A DNA stretch of 64,000 bases from an uncultured bacterium (GTDB lineage: Bacteria; Babelota; Babeliae; Babelales; Babelaceae): the NCBI GenBank assembly GCA_963848965.1, contig CAWKFG010000005.1, positions 1 through 64,000 on the forward strand, in the 5' to 3' direction. Position 1 is the first letter of the stretch; each line of letters opens with the position of its first letter. Positions 1 through 9,604 of this stretch are shown piece by piece. The translations under genes and the position numbers were made by a program. The notes under the pieces are model-generated. The model worked only from the letters and a program-made list of their open reading frames with translations. It searched no databases and was not told the DNA's origin.

Positions 1-495
1 CGCCGAGCTTTTTCGCCGCCTTGGAGTAGAACATGGTCGTCCGGAGGGGTCGAGATGACCTTCGACCGGATCCCACATGGCGCCGACGAAATTTCTCTCG
101 TCCATCAGCGGGAACATCGCCTTGGCCTCGGACGGCGTGATCAGTTCGGTGTCCATGCCGAGATAGCGGCCCTTGGCGTGGGCCAGCCGCAGGAAGTCCA
201 TGCGCTCGGGCGTATCGGCCATCATCACGCCGCCGGTCAGGTGCAGCGAGCAGGACTGGCCGGAAATCTCCTCGATCTCCTTGTAGAGCTGCACCGTATA
301 GGCCTGCAGCTTGGCGACGTTGGGATCGCCGTTCAGCGTATGGAAGCCGCCCGCCGCGTGCCAGGACGAGCCGGAGGTCAGCTCCGAACGCTCGATCAGC
401 ATGATGTCGGTCCAACCGGCCTTGGCCAGGTGGTAGAGCACCGAGCAGCCGACGACACCGCCGCCGATGACAACCGCTTTAACATGAGATTTCAT
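1..495 (-). CDS. FAD-dependent oxidoreductase, GcvT family (dimethylglycine dehydrogenase-like), 5' part; runs off the window
   Basis: Not in the ORF track. Manual translation from ATG 495 gives MKSHVKAVVIGGGVVGCSVLYHLAKAGWTDIMLIERSELTSGSSWHAAG, with a GxGxxG FAD motif and the SWHAAG signature. Confidence 0.9.
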   Translation of the reverse strand, partial: MKSHVKAVVIGGGVVGCSVLYHLAKAGWTDIMLIERSELTSGSSWHAAGGFHTLNGDPNVAKLQAYTVQLYKEIEEISGQSCSLHLTGGVMMADTPERMDFLRLAHAKGRYLGMDTELITPSEAKAMFPLMDERNFVGAMWDPVEGHLDPSGRPCSTPRRRKSSA

Positions 496-585
496 CAAGA
501 TAGGTCCTTTTTGCGTAAATTGAATCAGGTTATTGTCAGCGATAAAGCAGCGCCTCGAAACGGAGTCAACGCGCCGATATGGCGA

Positions 586-2160
586 TCAGAAATCGGTCGG
601 CGCGCCGCCTTCGGCGCGGCGCTTGTCGACGAAGTCGTTGAGTTCCTCGCGGATCGCCGGGTCGATGTAGGGTTCCTCATAGGAAGCCAGCCCCTCCTTC
701 CAGACCTTGTTTGCCTTCTTGATCGCCGTCGGCGATCCGTCTTCGCCCAGGTCTCGAAATTGCCCAGTCGGAAAGGATCGGCGAGTAGAACGCGGTCTTG
801 TAGCGGTCCTGTGTGTGCTGGGTGCCGAAGAAATGGCCCCCGGGCCGACCGACTGGATGGCGTCGAAGCCCAGCGCCTCCTCGGACAGGTCGAGCGGGGT
901 GAGGAATTCGGCCACCATCTGCAACAGGTCGATGTCCAGAATGGTCTTCTCGTAGGAGCAGCGCAGGCCGCCTTCAAGCCAGCCGGCGCCGTGCATCATC
1001 AGATTGCCGCCGCCCTGGATGGCGCCCCACAGCGAGAACACGCTTTCATAGGCTGCCTGCGCGTCGACGGTGTTGGCGGCGCAGGTGCTGGAGGTGCGGT
1101 ATGGGATCTTGTAGCGGCGGGCAAGCTGGCCGCCGACAAGTTGCGCCTTCATATATTCCGGCGTGCCGAAGGCCGGCGAACCGGACTTCATGTCGACATT
1201 GGAGGTGAAGCCGCCATAGCCGACAGTGGCGCCCTTGCGCACCATCTGAGCAAAGGCGATGCCCGACAACGCCTCGGCATTCTGCTGCACCAGCGCGCCG
1301 GCGATGGTCACCGGCGCCATGGCGCCCGACAGGGTGAAGGGCGTGACGACGACGACCTGGCCCTTGCTCGACATCTGGATGATGCCTTCCATCATCGGAA
1401 CGTCGAGTTTCAGCGGCGAATTGGTGTTGATGATGGTGAAGACGGACGGCTCTTCCAGCATCTGCTCATGGCTGATGCCGCGTGCGATCCGGGCGATCTC
1501 GATGCCGTCGACATTGCGCTCCTTGCCGAGCGAATAGATGTGAAAGACCTTGTCGGTCAGCGTGGCGAGGTCGCGGATGCATTCGAGGTGGCGCACCGAC
1601 GGGTGGATGTCGGTCGGCTCGACCGGATAGCCGCCGGTGCAGTTCAGGATGTTGTGCATCTGCGCAAGGCGCAGGAAGTTGCGGTAGTCGGCCTGGTTGC
1701 CGGGGCGGCGGCCGCGATCGAGGTCGGAGCAGTTCGGCGCCGACGCCATCATCGACAGGATCACATTGTTGCCGCCGAAGCGGACATTGTGCGCCGGGTT
1801 GCGGGCATGGATGGTGAATTCCGACGGGCAGTTCGAGATGAGATCGAGGATCATGTCGCTGTCGAAGCGCACCCGCTCACTGCCCTCGGTCACGTCAGCG
1901 CCATTTTCCTTCATGATGCGTCGCGCTTCGTCGTGAAGCACGTCGACGCCGATTTCCCTGAGCACGCGAAGCGAAGCGAGGTGGATCAATTCCAGCTCGT
2001 CGTCGGAGACCAGCTTGGTCGGCGTCAGCGGGTTTCTCAGCTGCCGGAAAGCCGGCTGCTCGAACGCGGCCGAGCCGCCGGCGCGCTTGCCCGCGCGGCC
2101 GCCGCGACGGGCGCGGTCGGTTGCCAATGCCGGTTCGGCGGGATGAAGGGCGGCGGTCAT
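586..2160 (-). CDS. mttB: Trimethylamine/glycine-betaine methyltransferase family protein (MttB superfamily)
   Basis: Likely start MTAALHPAE at 2160. Motifs NTNSPLKLD, TPFTLSGAMAPVT, GGFTSNVDMKSGSPAFGTPE, HGAGWLEGGL. Three 1-nt deletions near the C-terminus (see findings). Confidence 0.9.
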   Translation of the reverse strand: MTAALHPAEPALATDRARRGGRAGKRAGGSAAFEQPAFRQLRNPLTPTKLVSDDELELIHLASLRVLREIGVDVLHDEARRIMKENGADVTEGSERVRFDSDMILDLISNCPSEFTIHARNPAHNVRFGGNNVILSMMASAPNCSDLDRGRRPGNQADYRNFLRLAQMHNILNCTGGYPVEPTDIHPSVRHLECIRDLATLTDKVFHIYSLGKERNVDGIEIARIARGISHEQMLEEPSVFTIINTNSPLKLDVPMMEGIIQMSSKGQVVVVTPFTLSGAMAPVTIAGALVQQNAEALSGIAFAQMVRKGATVGYGGFTSNVDMKSGSPAFGTPEYMKAQLVGGQLARRYKIPYRTSSTCAANTVDAQAAYESVFSLWGAIQGGGNLMMHGAGWLEGGLRCSYEKTILDIDLLQMVAEFLTPLDLSEEALGFDAIQSVGPGAISSAPSTHRTATRPRSTRRSFPTGQFRDLGEDGSPTAIKKANKVWKEGLASYEEPYIDPAIREELNDFVDKRRAEGGAPTDF

Positions 2161-2388
2161 GACAGGCCTCATGGAATGCGAAAGTGAGCGGCATAATGGA
2201 CTGGCGGCAATGCTGCCGGTACGGAGGCGGCGACCACTAGGGCGATGGAAGCGACATGCCGGAAGGGCAGCAGGATCGTTTGACTTGGCGCAGCGGATTT
2301 GCCGGTGCGGCCCTTCCTTTTCCCGGATCGAACCGCTAGCCGGATAGCTTGCCGGCCGCAGGGTAGGCGCTTTTACAGGGATGGCAGC

Positions 2389-3564
2389 ATGGTCGCGACC
2401 GATTCGCGCGATGGCGAGGCGGCAACGCAATGGGCAGCGCTTGCCGGCGTCACTGCGGCGCTCGCCATGTTCGGCGCCGCGCAAGGGCTGAGCTATCCGC
2501 TGTTCACGCTCTTGATGCAGCGGCAAGGCATGTCGCCGGCGCTGATCGGGCTTTCCGCCGCGATGATGCCGGTTGGCCTGATTCTCTCGGCGTCGTTCGT
2601 GCCGGCTGCCGTACGGCGCTTCGGAGCGCGCAATCTCGCCGTCGGCTGTTCGCTGGCCGGCGCGGTGTGCTTCCTGGCCATCGGCTATCTGCAGGATTGG
2701 GTCGCGTGGTTCATCCTCCGCTTCCTCGTCGGCGTGGTCATCAACCCGCTCTATGTGCTTGGCGAGGTGTGGGCGCTGTCGCTGGCGCCACCGTCGCGCC
2801 GGGGCAGGGTGATGGGGGTGTTCAATGCTCTGATGGGCGCCGGCTACGCGGCGGGGCCATTGATCCTGATCACCGTCGGCGCATCTGGATGGCCTCCTTT
2901 CATCGCCGCGATTGCAGGTTTTGCGCTCTGCGCGCTGATCCTGCGCGCCGTGTCGTCGAAGCTGACCGGTTTCGAGGAGGACGGCCAGGCCTCCGGCGGC
3001 CTTGTCGGATTCGCCAGGCTGGCGCCGGCGCTGCTGCTGGCGGTGCTGGTCTCGGCGGCGGTGCAGCAAAGCACCTATGCGCTTATCCCTGTCTTCGGTA
3101 CCGGCTACGGCTTACCCGAAGCGAAGCTGGCGGCGCTGGTGACGGCGCTGTCCGCCGGCAACATACTGCTGCAGATCCCGCTTGGGCTGATGGCCGAACG
3201 CTTCGGCGGCCGGGCGATGATCGTTTTTTGCGCGTTGGCGACGGCGGCTTGCGCGCTGTCGCTGCCGGTGCTGATCACCACACCGCTGGTCTGGCCGGTG
3301 TTGGTGGTGATGGGTGCGGTCGGCTACGGCGTCTACACAATGGCGCTGGTCGAGCTTGGCAGCCGCTTCAGGGGAACAGCACTTGTCGCCGGCAATGCCG
3401 CCTTCGCGCTGATGTGGGGCGCCGGCGGCATTGTCGGACCGCCCGGCGCGGGCGCGCTGATGCAGGCGATCGGCCCGCTCGGCCTGCCGGCGGTGATCGC
3501 CGGGCTCGATGCGGTGTTGATTGCTTTCGCGCTCTACAGATCGGCTAGGCGCAGAAGCTCCTGA
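2389..3564 (+). CDS. MFS transporter (YcaD-like)
   Basis: About 12 hydrophobic segments, motif A-like AVRRFGAR and AERFGGR, and PPSRRGRVMG. Start placed at MVATDS. Confidence 0.88.
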   Translation: MVATDSRDGEAATQWAALAGVTAALAMFGAAQGLSYPLFTLLMQRQGMSPALIGLSAAMMPVGLILSASFVPAAVRRFGARNLAVGCSLAGAVCFLAIGYLQDWVAWFILRFLVGVVINPLYVLGEVWALSLAPPSRRGRVMGVFNALMGAGYAAGPLILITVGASGWPPFIAAIAGFALCALILRAVSSKLTGFEEDGQASGGLVGFARLAPALLLAVLVSAAVQQSTYALIPVFGTGYGLPEAKLAALVTALSAGNILLQIPLGLMAERFGGRAMIVFCALATAACALSLPVLITTPLVWPVLVVMGAVGYGVYTMALVELGSRFRGTALVAGNAAFALMWGAGGIVGPPGAGALMQAIGPLGLPAVIAGLDAVLIAFALYRSARRRSS

Positions 3565-3639
3565 CAGGCTTTGGCTGGAGCAAGCGGTTTTCGCCGGCGG
3601 GGCTTACGACCATTCAGGCGACCCGCTAAGGCTGCCCAC

Positions 3640-4800
3640 ATGGATTTGGCGGAAACTGGCAGAGACGAGCCGATGCAGTGGGCGGCGATCACGGGCGTGA
3701 TCGCGACCGTTTCGGTGTTCGCCATCGCGCAAGGGCTTTCCTATCCGCTGCTGAGCTTCATCCTGCAGCGCCAGGGCGTCTCGCCGGCCATGATCGGGCT
3801 TTCGGCGGCGATGACGCCGGTCGGCTTCATCCTGTCGTCGCCACTGATACCTGGCCTGGCACGGCGGTTCGGGGCAGGGCGCACGGCGCTGACCTGCGCA
3901 GCACTTTCCGCACTCGTGCTGGCGCTGATCGGCTGGACGCAGAACGTCTATCTGTGGTTTCCGCTGCGCTTCCTGATCGGCGTGGTCACCAACCCGCTCT
4001 ATGTTCTTAGTGAGATCTGGGTGATCGCACTTGCCCCACCGTCGCGGCGCGGTCGCGTCATGGGCGTCTATTCGACGATCATTTCGGCCGGCTTTGCCGC
4101 CGGTCCGCTCTGCCTGCTTGCCGTCGGCACCGAAGGCTGGCCGCCATTCCTGGTCGGCATTTGCGCTTTCATCTTCTGTGGTGCCTGCCTGGCGCTGGTG
4201 CTGCCTCGGTTGCCTAAAGTCGACGAAGCCGGGCACGGGGTTTCGGTGATGGGGTTCATGCCGCTGGCCTGGCTGCTGCTGTCGACGGTCGTCGTGGCCG
4301 CCGGCTTCGAGCAAGCGGTGTTGGCGCTGCTTCCGGTCTATGGCACCCATTACGGCATCGCCGAAGCCCGCATGTCGGCGCTGCTCTCAGTGATGATTGC
4401 CGGCAACATCGCCATGCAGGTGCCGCTCGGCCTGCTGGCGGAAAGGCTGACGGCACGCCTGGTGCGGTTCATCTGCGTGTCGCTGACCGTGCTCGGCTGC
4501 GCGCTATTGCCGCTGCTGATCGAGACGCCGCTGATCTGGCCGTGCGTCTTCATCTGGGGCGCGGTTTCCTACGGCATCTACACGATGTCGATCATCGAAC
4601 TCGGCGAGCGTTTCACCGGCTCGGCGCTGGTTGCCGGCAATGCCGCCTTCTCGCTGATGTGGGGCGTCGGCGGCATTCTCGTGCCGCCGCTCACCGGCGG
4701 CGTCATGGATGTGATCGGCGCGCCCGGCCTGCCGTTCACGCTCGGCGCTATCTGCCTGGTGCTGGCGGTGACGACCATCCTGCGTCGGCGGATGGTGTGA
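3640..4800 (+). CDS. MFS transporter, tandem paralog of 2389-3564
   Basis: Shares AQGLSYPL, IGLSAAM, NPLYVL, LAPPSRRGRVMG and LVAGNAAF.LMWG with the upstream gene. Confidence 0.88.
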   Translation: MDLAETGRDEPMQWAAITGVIATVSVFAIAQGLSYPLLSFILQRQGVSPAMIGLSAAMTPVGFILSSPLIPGLARRFGAGRTALTCAALSALVLALIGWTQNVYLWFPLRFLIGVVTNPLYVLSEIWVIALAPPSRRGRVMGVYSTIISAGFAAGPLCLLAVGTEGWPPFLVGICAFIFCGACLALVLPRLPKVDEAGHGVSVMGFMPLAWLLLSTVVVAAGFEQAVLALLPVYGTHYGIAEARMSALLSVMIAGNIAMQVPLGLLAERLTARLVRFICVSLTVLGCALLPLLIETPLIWPCVFIWGAVSYGIYTMSIIELGERFTGSALVAGNAAFSLMWGVGGILVPPLTGGVMDVIGAPGLPFTLGAICLVLAVTTILRRRMV

Positions 4801-4906
4801 ACGCAAAGCCGCTTTCGGTCGCAATGACCTTACTCCACCATCTTGAATGTGGGCGCTTGCGACGCGATGTAGGCAGGGCTGCCTGATAACGCCTTGGAGA
4901 CCGCGC

Positions 4907-5190
4907 GTGACCCAATCGACGACAAAACGCCTGAATGAATCCGCCGCCGAGGATCCGCATCTCTGGCTGGAAGACAGGACCGGCAAAGAGGCGCTCGACT
5001 GGGTGCATCGCCAGAATGAAGTGACGGTCGGCGAATTGCAGGGTGACCCGTCCTACCAGGCGGCGTTCGAAACCGCGCTCGACCTGATGACGGCCGAGGA
5101 CAACATCGCCGTCGGCGCCGCGCTCAATGGCCATGTCTACAATTTCTGGCAGGACAAGACCAATGTGCTGGGCCTCTGGCGCCGCACGAC
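4907..5190 (+). CDS. Prolyl oligopeptidase (S9A) N-terminus, truncated at the junction
   Basis: EDPHLWLED...ALDWVHRQN...YNFWQD...GLWRRTT is the typical S9A N-terminus. Homology ends where GC content collapses. Confidence 0.82.
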
Positions 5191-5195
5191 AGCCT
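5185..5195. other. Junction between two unrelated genomes (contig concatenation or chimera)
   Basis: Abrupt change from high GC to AT-rich. A gene is cut on the left and an ncRNA is cut on the right. Confidence 0.9.
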
Positions 5196-5403
5196 CGCCA
5201 ATGTTATAGAGCGGTATATATCAAGAGCACTAGCTTATACCCTCAGCTTATTTAACCCTTGAATTACAGAGCTTGGAACTGGCTTCGCATTCCAAAGTGT
5301 GATCTTTAACACTCCTCTATAACGTAGTCCTCTGCTTTCGCTTGGACTTAAGCTGGTCAACGCGAGCTTTTGCAAGCTACGTCCTTAGGACGTGGTAGTT
5401 GAC
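5191..5403 (-). ncRNA. HEARO / OMEGA (omega) RNA scaffold of an IscB-type IS200/IS605 element, 3'-truncated at the junction
   Basis: The minus strand reads GTCAACTACC-ACGTCCTAAGGACGT-AGCTTGCAAAAGCT-CGC-GTTGACCAGCTTAAG...GGACTACGTTATAGAG...GGAATGCGAAGCCAGTTCCAAGCTCTG...GGTTAAATAAG...AGTG...CTCTATAACATTGGCGAGGC. This follows the HEARO consensus order, and the stems pair. Confidence 0.88.
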
Positions 5404-5548
5404 CTCTATCTCCTAAAAATAACTATTACAAGTATATACTTACAATTTATTGTTTTATACCTTCTTAGTATATAATAAATTTTATATTTTTCACATCACC
5501 ATAAACAACTAAAGATAAAGAAAGCCAAGAGCTTTAGCTCATCGTTAT

Positions 5549-7828
5549 TCAGTTACCAAGCGATTCAAAAAACATGTCAATAATACTATGATCTAACTTA
5601 AATTCTGTGCTAGTTGAAATAGCGCCGTGATCAAGCAAGAGATGACAAACTTCTTTATGCTGCATTAAAAATGCCAGATCAAGAGGGGTAGAACCAATCT
5701 TTGTCTTGCTGTTTACGTCAGCTCCATACTGTAATAAAAGAGCAACTATATCCTTTTTGCCTGCAACAGCAGCCAATATAAGTGGTAGCAGATCTTCTTT
5801 TTTTGCTCTATTTGGATTTGCTCCTAACTCTAAAAGAAGCTTTATCCCTTCATAATGAGCCTGCATTACCATACGTTGAAGCGCGCTAATGCCGTTTTCA
5901 TCTTCAGCATCAATAGATATCCCTAACTTAATAAGAAGTTCTAAGATTTCTCGTTGATTTTGAGCAGCAGCTACTACAATAAGATAAGTAAGCTCTTTTT
6001 TTACTGCTTGGTCAAAATCATGTGTAAGCAACATGTGTGCAATCTCAGTGTGTCCTCCTGCTAAAGCAAGTATTAAAGGAGTATAATGCTCTTTTAACGT
6101 TGCACTATCAAGACGAGCCTTATTTTTTAAAAGCAACTCTACAAGCTCTTTATACTCTTTTTGTATTGCTGCATGAAGAGCAGTTGCCCCTTCTCTGGTA
6201 ATAAGGTTAACATCTGCATTATTACTCATTAAAAACGAAGCAACATCTTGTCGATTTTCAAGAACTGCACAAAATAACGGTGTATAGCCAAGAGAATCTT
6301 GGGCATTAATGTAAGCACCTTTTTCAAGTAATAATAATTTTACGATGTCTATATGCCCTTGTACTGAAGCTATATGTAAAGGGGTAGCTCGTGAATCGAT
6401 TCTATAGTTACTATCTGCTCCTCTTTTTAAAAGCAGCTCAACAATCTTTGTGTGACCTGATTGGCATGCTTGATAGAGTGCTTCATTTATATCAGTACTT
6501 CTTGTTACGTAGTTTAATAAAAGCTCAACAATTTCATAATTACCCATTTGAGCTGCAGCTCTTAGTGGAGTTACACCCTCATTATTAGTTATATGGGGAA
6601 AAGCTCGATACCGCAAAAGAAGTTCTACTATAGACTTATGCTGATTAATAACTGCTAACAATAATGCGGTTTGCCCTGCTTTTGTCTGAGCATCAACCAT
6701 AGGATAAGTCTTTAATAAGAGTTCTACTATTGAAGCATGTCCCCTATCAGTTGCCATATGTAGTGCTGTAGCTCCTTCATAGTTAGTATAGCTAACAGTT
6801 GCTCCCTGTTGAATAAGCAACTCTGCTATTGCATCATGACCTCTCTCACACGCTCCCCAAAGTGCTTGGTTTCCACTAAAGTCACGAGCATGTCCCTTGT
6901 AAGCAAGAATATTTTTTACAAGTTCAGTATATCCTTCATGAGCAGCTACACTAAGAAGAGAAAATCTAAATCTATCTTCAAAGTAGATAAGCTCTTTGTT
7001 AGATTCTAGTGCTTTTTCTACAAATGTATGATCATTATAAACTGCTGCTCTAAATATTCTTATGTAAGGATTGTCATGATCTCGTAAATATTCTTTAGAG
7101 CCTTCTTTCATCTCCCGCTGAGTCTTGATAAAGCAATCAAATTCCTTATTATTAGTAATTCCAAAGCAGTAGCAAAGAGATCGGTCTTCTATAGCACTCT
7201 CCTTTTTCATCCCTTCAAATTCTACCGTTGCAAAGCAAGCATCATCACGACCGAGCAGAATTTCTTCATAGGGCTCAAGTATAAATTCATGAGGTGTATT
7301 TTCTTCACTACTCTTTTTTATATTTAAAAAAAGTGAAACCTGACCTGAAGAATTGTTAAAAAGAGATAACATATAGAACTTATCATCTTCATCGTCGGCA
7401 ACAGATTCTTGTTTGCTTTCTGTAGATGTTTTATCAATACAGGCCGTTATAAGACCGTGTTGTACTTTATCTGTAGATACTGCTTTATTGAGCTGACTAT
7501 AAGCCTCAGAAGTAGAAGAAATCGAAACTGTATAATCCTTACTTATTTTAAAGTAGTGATCTACATGAGGCTGATTAAGGTTAAGCTCAAAATACTGATT
7601 ATTCCATTTAACGACAAGACTTATATCTTGAAAGAAAGGCAATGATCCTCCAGAACCAGCTTTAAATTTATAAGTATCTAAAGGTTCTAATTCTTCTCCT
7701 TCTTTAATAAAGAGCTCTAGAGAATAAGATGTAGGAGATTCATTGATAAAAAAGACACATCGTATGCTCGCTATAAGCTGCTCTTCAGTTGGCAAATTTA
7801 TATCGTCTATTGTAAATTTAGTTTCCAT
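5549..7828 (-). CDS. Ankyrin repeat protein (roughly 14 repeats) with an uncharacterised N-terminal region
   Basis: Repeated GxTaLHxA...Gh.eivelLL.gA.vn motifs from about aa 260 to the end. Confidence 0.92.
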   Translation of the reverse strand: METKFTIDDINLPTEEQLIASIRCVFFINESPTSYSLELFIKEGEELEPLDTYKFKAGSGGSLPFFQDISLVVKWNNQYFELNLNQPHVDHYFKISKDYTVSISSTSEAYSQLNKAVSTDKVQHGLITACIDKTSTESKQESVADDEDDKFYMLSLFNNSSGQVSLFLNIKKSSEENTPHEFILEPYEEILLGRDDACFATVEFEGMKKESAIEDRSLCYCFGITNNKEFDCFIKTQREMKEGSKEYLRDHDNPYIRIFRAAVYNDHTFVEKALESNKELIYFEDRFRFSLLSVAAHEGYTELVKNILAYKGHARDFSGNQALWGACERGHDAIAELLIQQGATVSYTNYEGATALHMATDRGHASIVELLLKTYPMVDAQTKAGQTALLLAVINQHKSIVELLLRYRAFPHITNNEGVTPLRAAAQMGNYEIVELLLNYVTRSTDINEALYQACQSGHTKIVELLLKRGADSNYRIDSRATPLHIASVQGHIDIVKLLLLEKGAYINAQDSLGYTPLFCAVLENRQDVASFLMSNNADVNLITREGATALHAAIQKEYKELVELLLKNKARLDSATLKEHYTPLILALAGGHTEIAHMLLTHDFDQAVKKELTYLIVVAAAQNQREILELLIKLGISIDAEDENGISALQRMVMQAHYEGIKLLLELGANPNRAKKEDLLPLILAAVAGKKDIVALLLQYGADVNSKTKIGSTPLDLAFLMQHKEVCHLLLDHGAISTSTEFKLDHSIIDMFFESLGN

Positions 7829-8035
7829 ACCTACACCCCTTTATTACTTGCATACTATTTTATTATGCATTCCTAAAATAGTATATATTTTCAAAATGAC
7901 CCAAATTTCGCCTAGTATACCTTATACTTATCACAAAATAAAGGCACATTCCTTTAAGATGTAAGAATATCTTGAATAGCTTTATAATTTTTGTATACTA
8001 TAAATTAATGATTCTAAATTAAAGAAAGAAAACAC

Positions 8036-8563
8036 ATGTTTAAGCCAGTAAACTTTACTTTCTTTTTCTTCATTGCTTCATTAAATTTTCCAAGCTTTGC
8101 AATGGCACCAGAGCTCTCAGAAGCAAACATTAAACAAAGCCTTACTGGTGAAATAGAGCCTTACTATACTATAGTAATCGAGTATGCACCTGGTAAACGA
8201 TCAATAGAAATTAGTCAAAAAGCAAAAGTACTTAAAAAGTCAGAATTCTTCAGGGCCCTTATTGCACATCCTCGTCCAAATAAAAGTATTGAAGATAACT
8301 CTGTTAATCTTGGAACCATAGTAATAAAAGATCCTAGAATAGAGAATATTCAGGAGTTTGACTCATTACTATGGATGAATTACCTTCTAATACAGACAAA
8401 AGCATTAAGTGAAGAGCTTAAAGCAAGAGTTTTTCATCTGTTTATAATCAATAAACCTCTGCAAGAATTTCCTCGATTAATTTCATTGAGCAATCAGTAC
8501 CAATTAGAAGCACTATATGACTCTCTTAATAATTACTTTACGCTTCTTAGTTCTCTAGCTTAG
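8036..8563 (+). CDS. Secreted protein with a possible BTB/POZ-like domain
   Basis: Signal-like N-terminus. KVLKKSEFFRALI...IVIKD...EFDSLL...LISLSNQYQLEAL resembles the BTB consensus. Confidence 0.55.
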   Translation: MFKPVNFTFFFFIASLNFPSFAMAPELSEANIKQSLTGEIEPYYTIVIEYAPGKRSIEISQKAKVLKKSEFFRALIAHPRPNKSIEDNSVNLGTIVIKDPRIENIQEFDSLLWMNYLLIQTKALSEELKARVFHLFIINKPLQEFPRLISLSNQYQLEALYDSLNNYFTLLSSLA

Positions 8564-8725
8564 AACACTCTATACCAAAGCTCTGCTTTTAGCATACTAA
8601 AGCTTCTTCTTTTCAGTTTTATGCATATAATTATATATCAATTGTTAAAAATACCGCATCAATTGACTTTTATGCAAATAAATTTATATATTGAAATAAA
8701 ATATAACATAAGAAAGAATAAGAAA

Positions 8726-9421
8726 ATGAGTTCCCTCTTTTATAAAATATTTTTTATTACGTTTTTTGGGTTATTGACCCCTAGTACAAAGGGACAATTT
8801 TTGGACCTGCCTAAAGATGTCCTTAAACTAATCGTTCGTGAAGTAATTTTATCAGATTTATCTCCTCTTACCTCAATATCTGAAGATGAAGCTGCTCGAT
8901 TTGAAAAGCAAATACAAGCCCTTAATAAAATACCTTTTAAAAAATTATCCGAGCTAGAACAGACCGATTTATGGCTAAAAATTGGAAGGAGCGCTACTCT
9001 TATAGAACTAGTTGTTCTTCTGGCAACAGCAAAAGAAAGAGCAAGCACAATTGTAAAAAGACTAGCCGCTCTTAGACAAGTAAACAAAAAATTACAATCT
9101 CTTACGGATAATACTTTCATTACTATGATTTTAGAAGAACTTGCATCTGCACTTTCAAAGACCTACCCTTTTAAAAATGCAACAATAGTACATGCAGCAG
9201 CCCTTCTGAGCTCAAGTCCCTTTATATTTCAATGGCTCAAAAACAACTTAGCTAACTATTCAGATAAACTTAATGAACCAACAGCAAATGCATTGCGCCT
9301 TACGCCACTTGCAATTGCCACTATAACCGCTCCGCAAGCAGTAGACTTTCTTATATCGAACAAAGCTTCACTTAGGCGTACTACGTTCAATAGAATCCTT
9401 GCACAATTCTATGATGAATAG
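8726..9421 (+). CDS. Secreted F-box-like protein with a C-terminal ankyrin-like repeat
   Basis: Start MSSLFYK. FLDLPKDVLKLIV follows the signal peptide, and LTPLAIA...AVDFLISNKA lies at the C-terminus. Confidence 0.6.
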   Translation: MSSLFYKIFFITFFGLLTPSTKGQFLDLPKDVLKLIVREVILSDLSPLTSISEDEAARFEKQIQALNKIPFKKLSELEQTDLWLKIGRSATLIELVVLLATAKERASTIVKRLAALRQVNKKLQSLTDNTFITMILEELASALSKTYPFKNATIVHAAALLSSSPFIFQWLKNNLANYSDKLNEPTANALRLTPLAIATITAPQAVDFLISNKASLRRTTFNRILAQFYDE

Positions 9422-9604
9422 AGTGCAAGCCACCAACAATACGAAGAGTAAAAAAGCAAAATCTAATAACATCGTAAACAAATTCAATTATTTACGATTG
9501 AAAAAATATTTTTTTGAGGATTGTAATTCTATTATTTTTTGATTATGATAAAAGATAGGGGAATTAGCAAAAGTTATTAAACTAACGCAAAGTAAGGAGC
9601 TACT

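Noticed and set aside
55..2187. 710-aa plus-strand ORF
   Set aside because: Antisense shadow of the mttB and GcvT-family genes in high-GC DNA, with no recognisable motifs.
2161..3069. N-terminal 300-aa extension of the 827-aa mttB ORF
   Set aside because: Mostly antisense to the MFS gene and Arg/His-rich nonsense. Family similarity starts near 2160.
2430..4986. Alternative-frame ORFs overlapping the MFS genes (2430-3548, 3604-4350, 4504-4986 and others)
   Set aside because: Off-frame or antisense products typical of GC-rich coding DNA.
1..5190. High-GC segment as a genomic island inserted by the IS200/IS605 element
   Set aside because: Both the peptidase gene and the omega RNA are cut at the same base, the genes are ordinary metabolic genes, and no integrase or transposase is present. 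An assembly or binning artefact is more likely.
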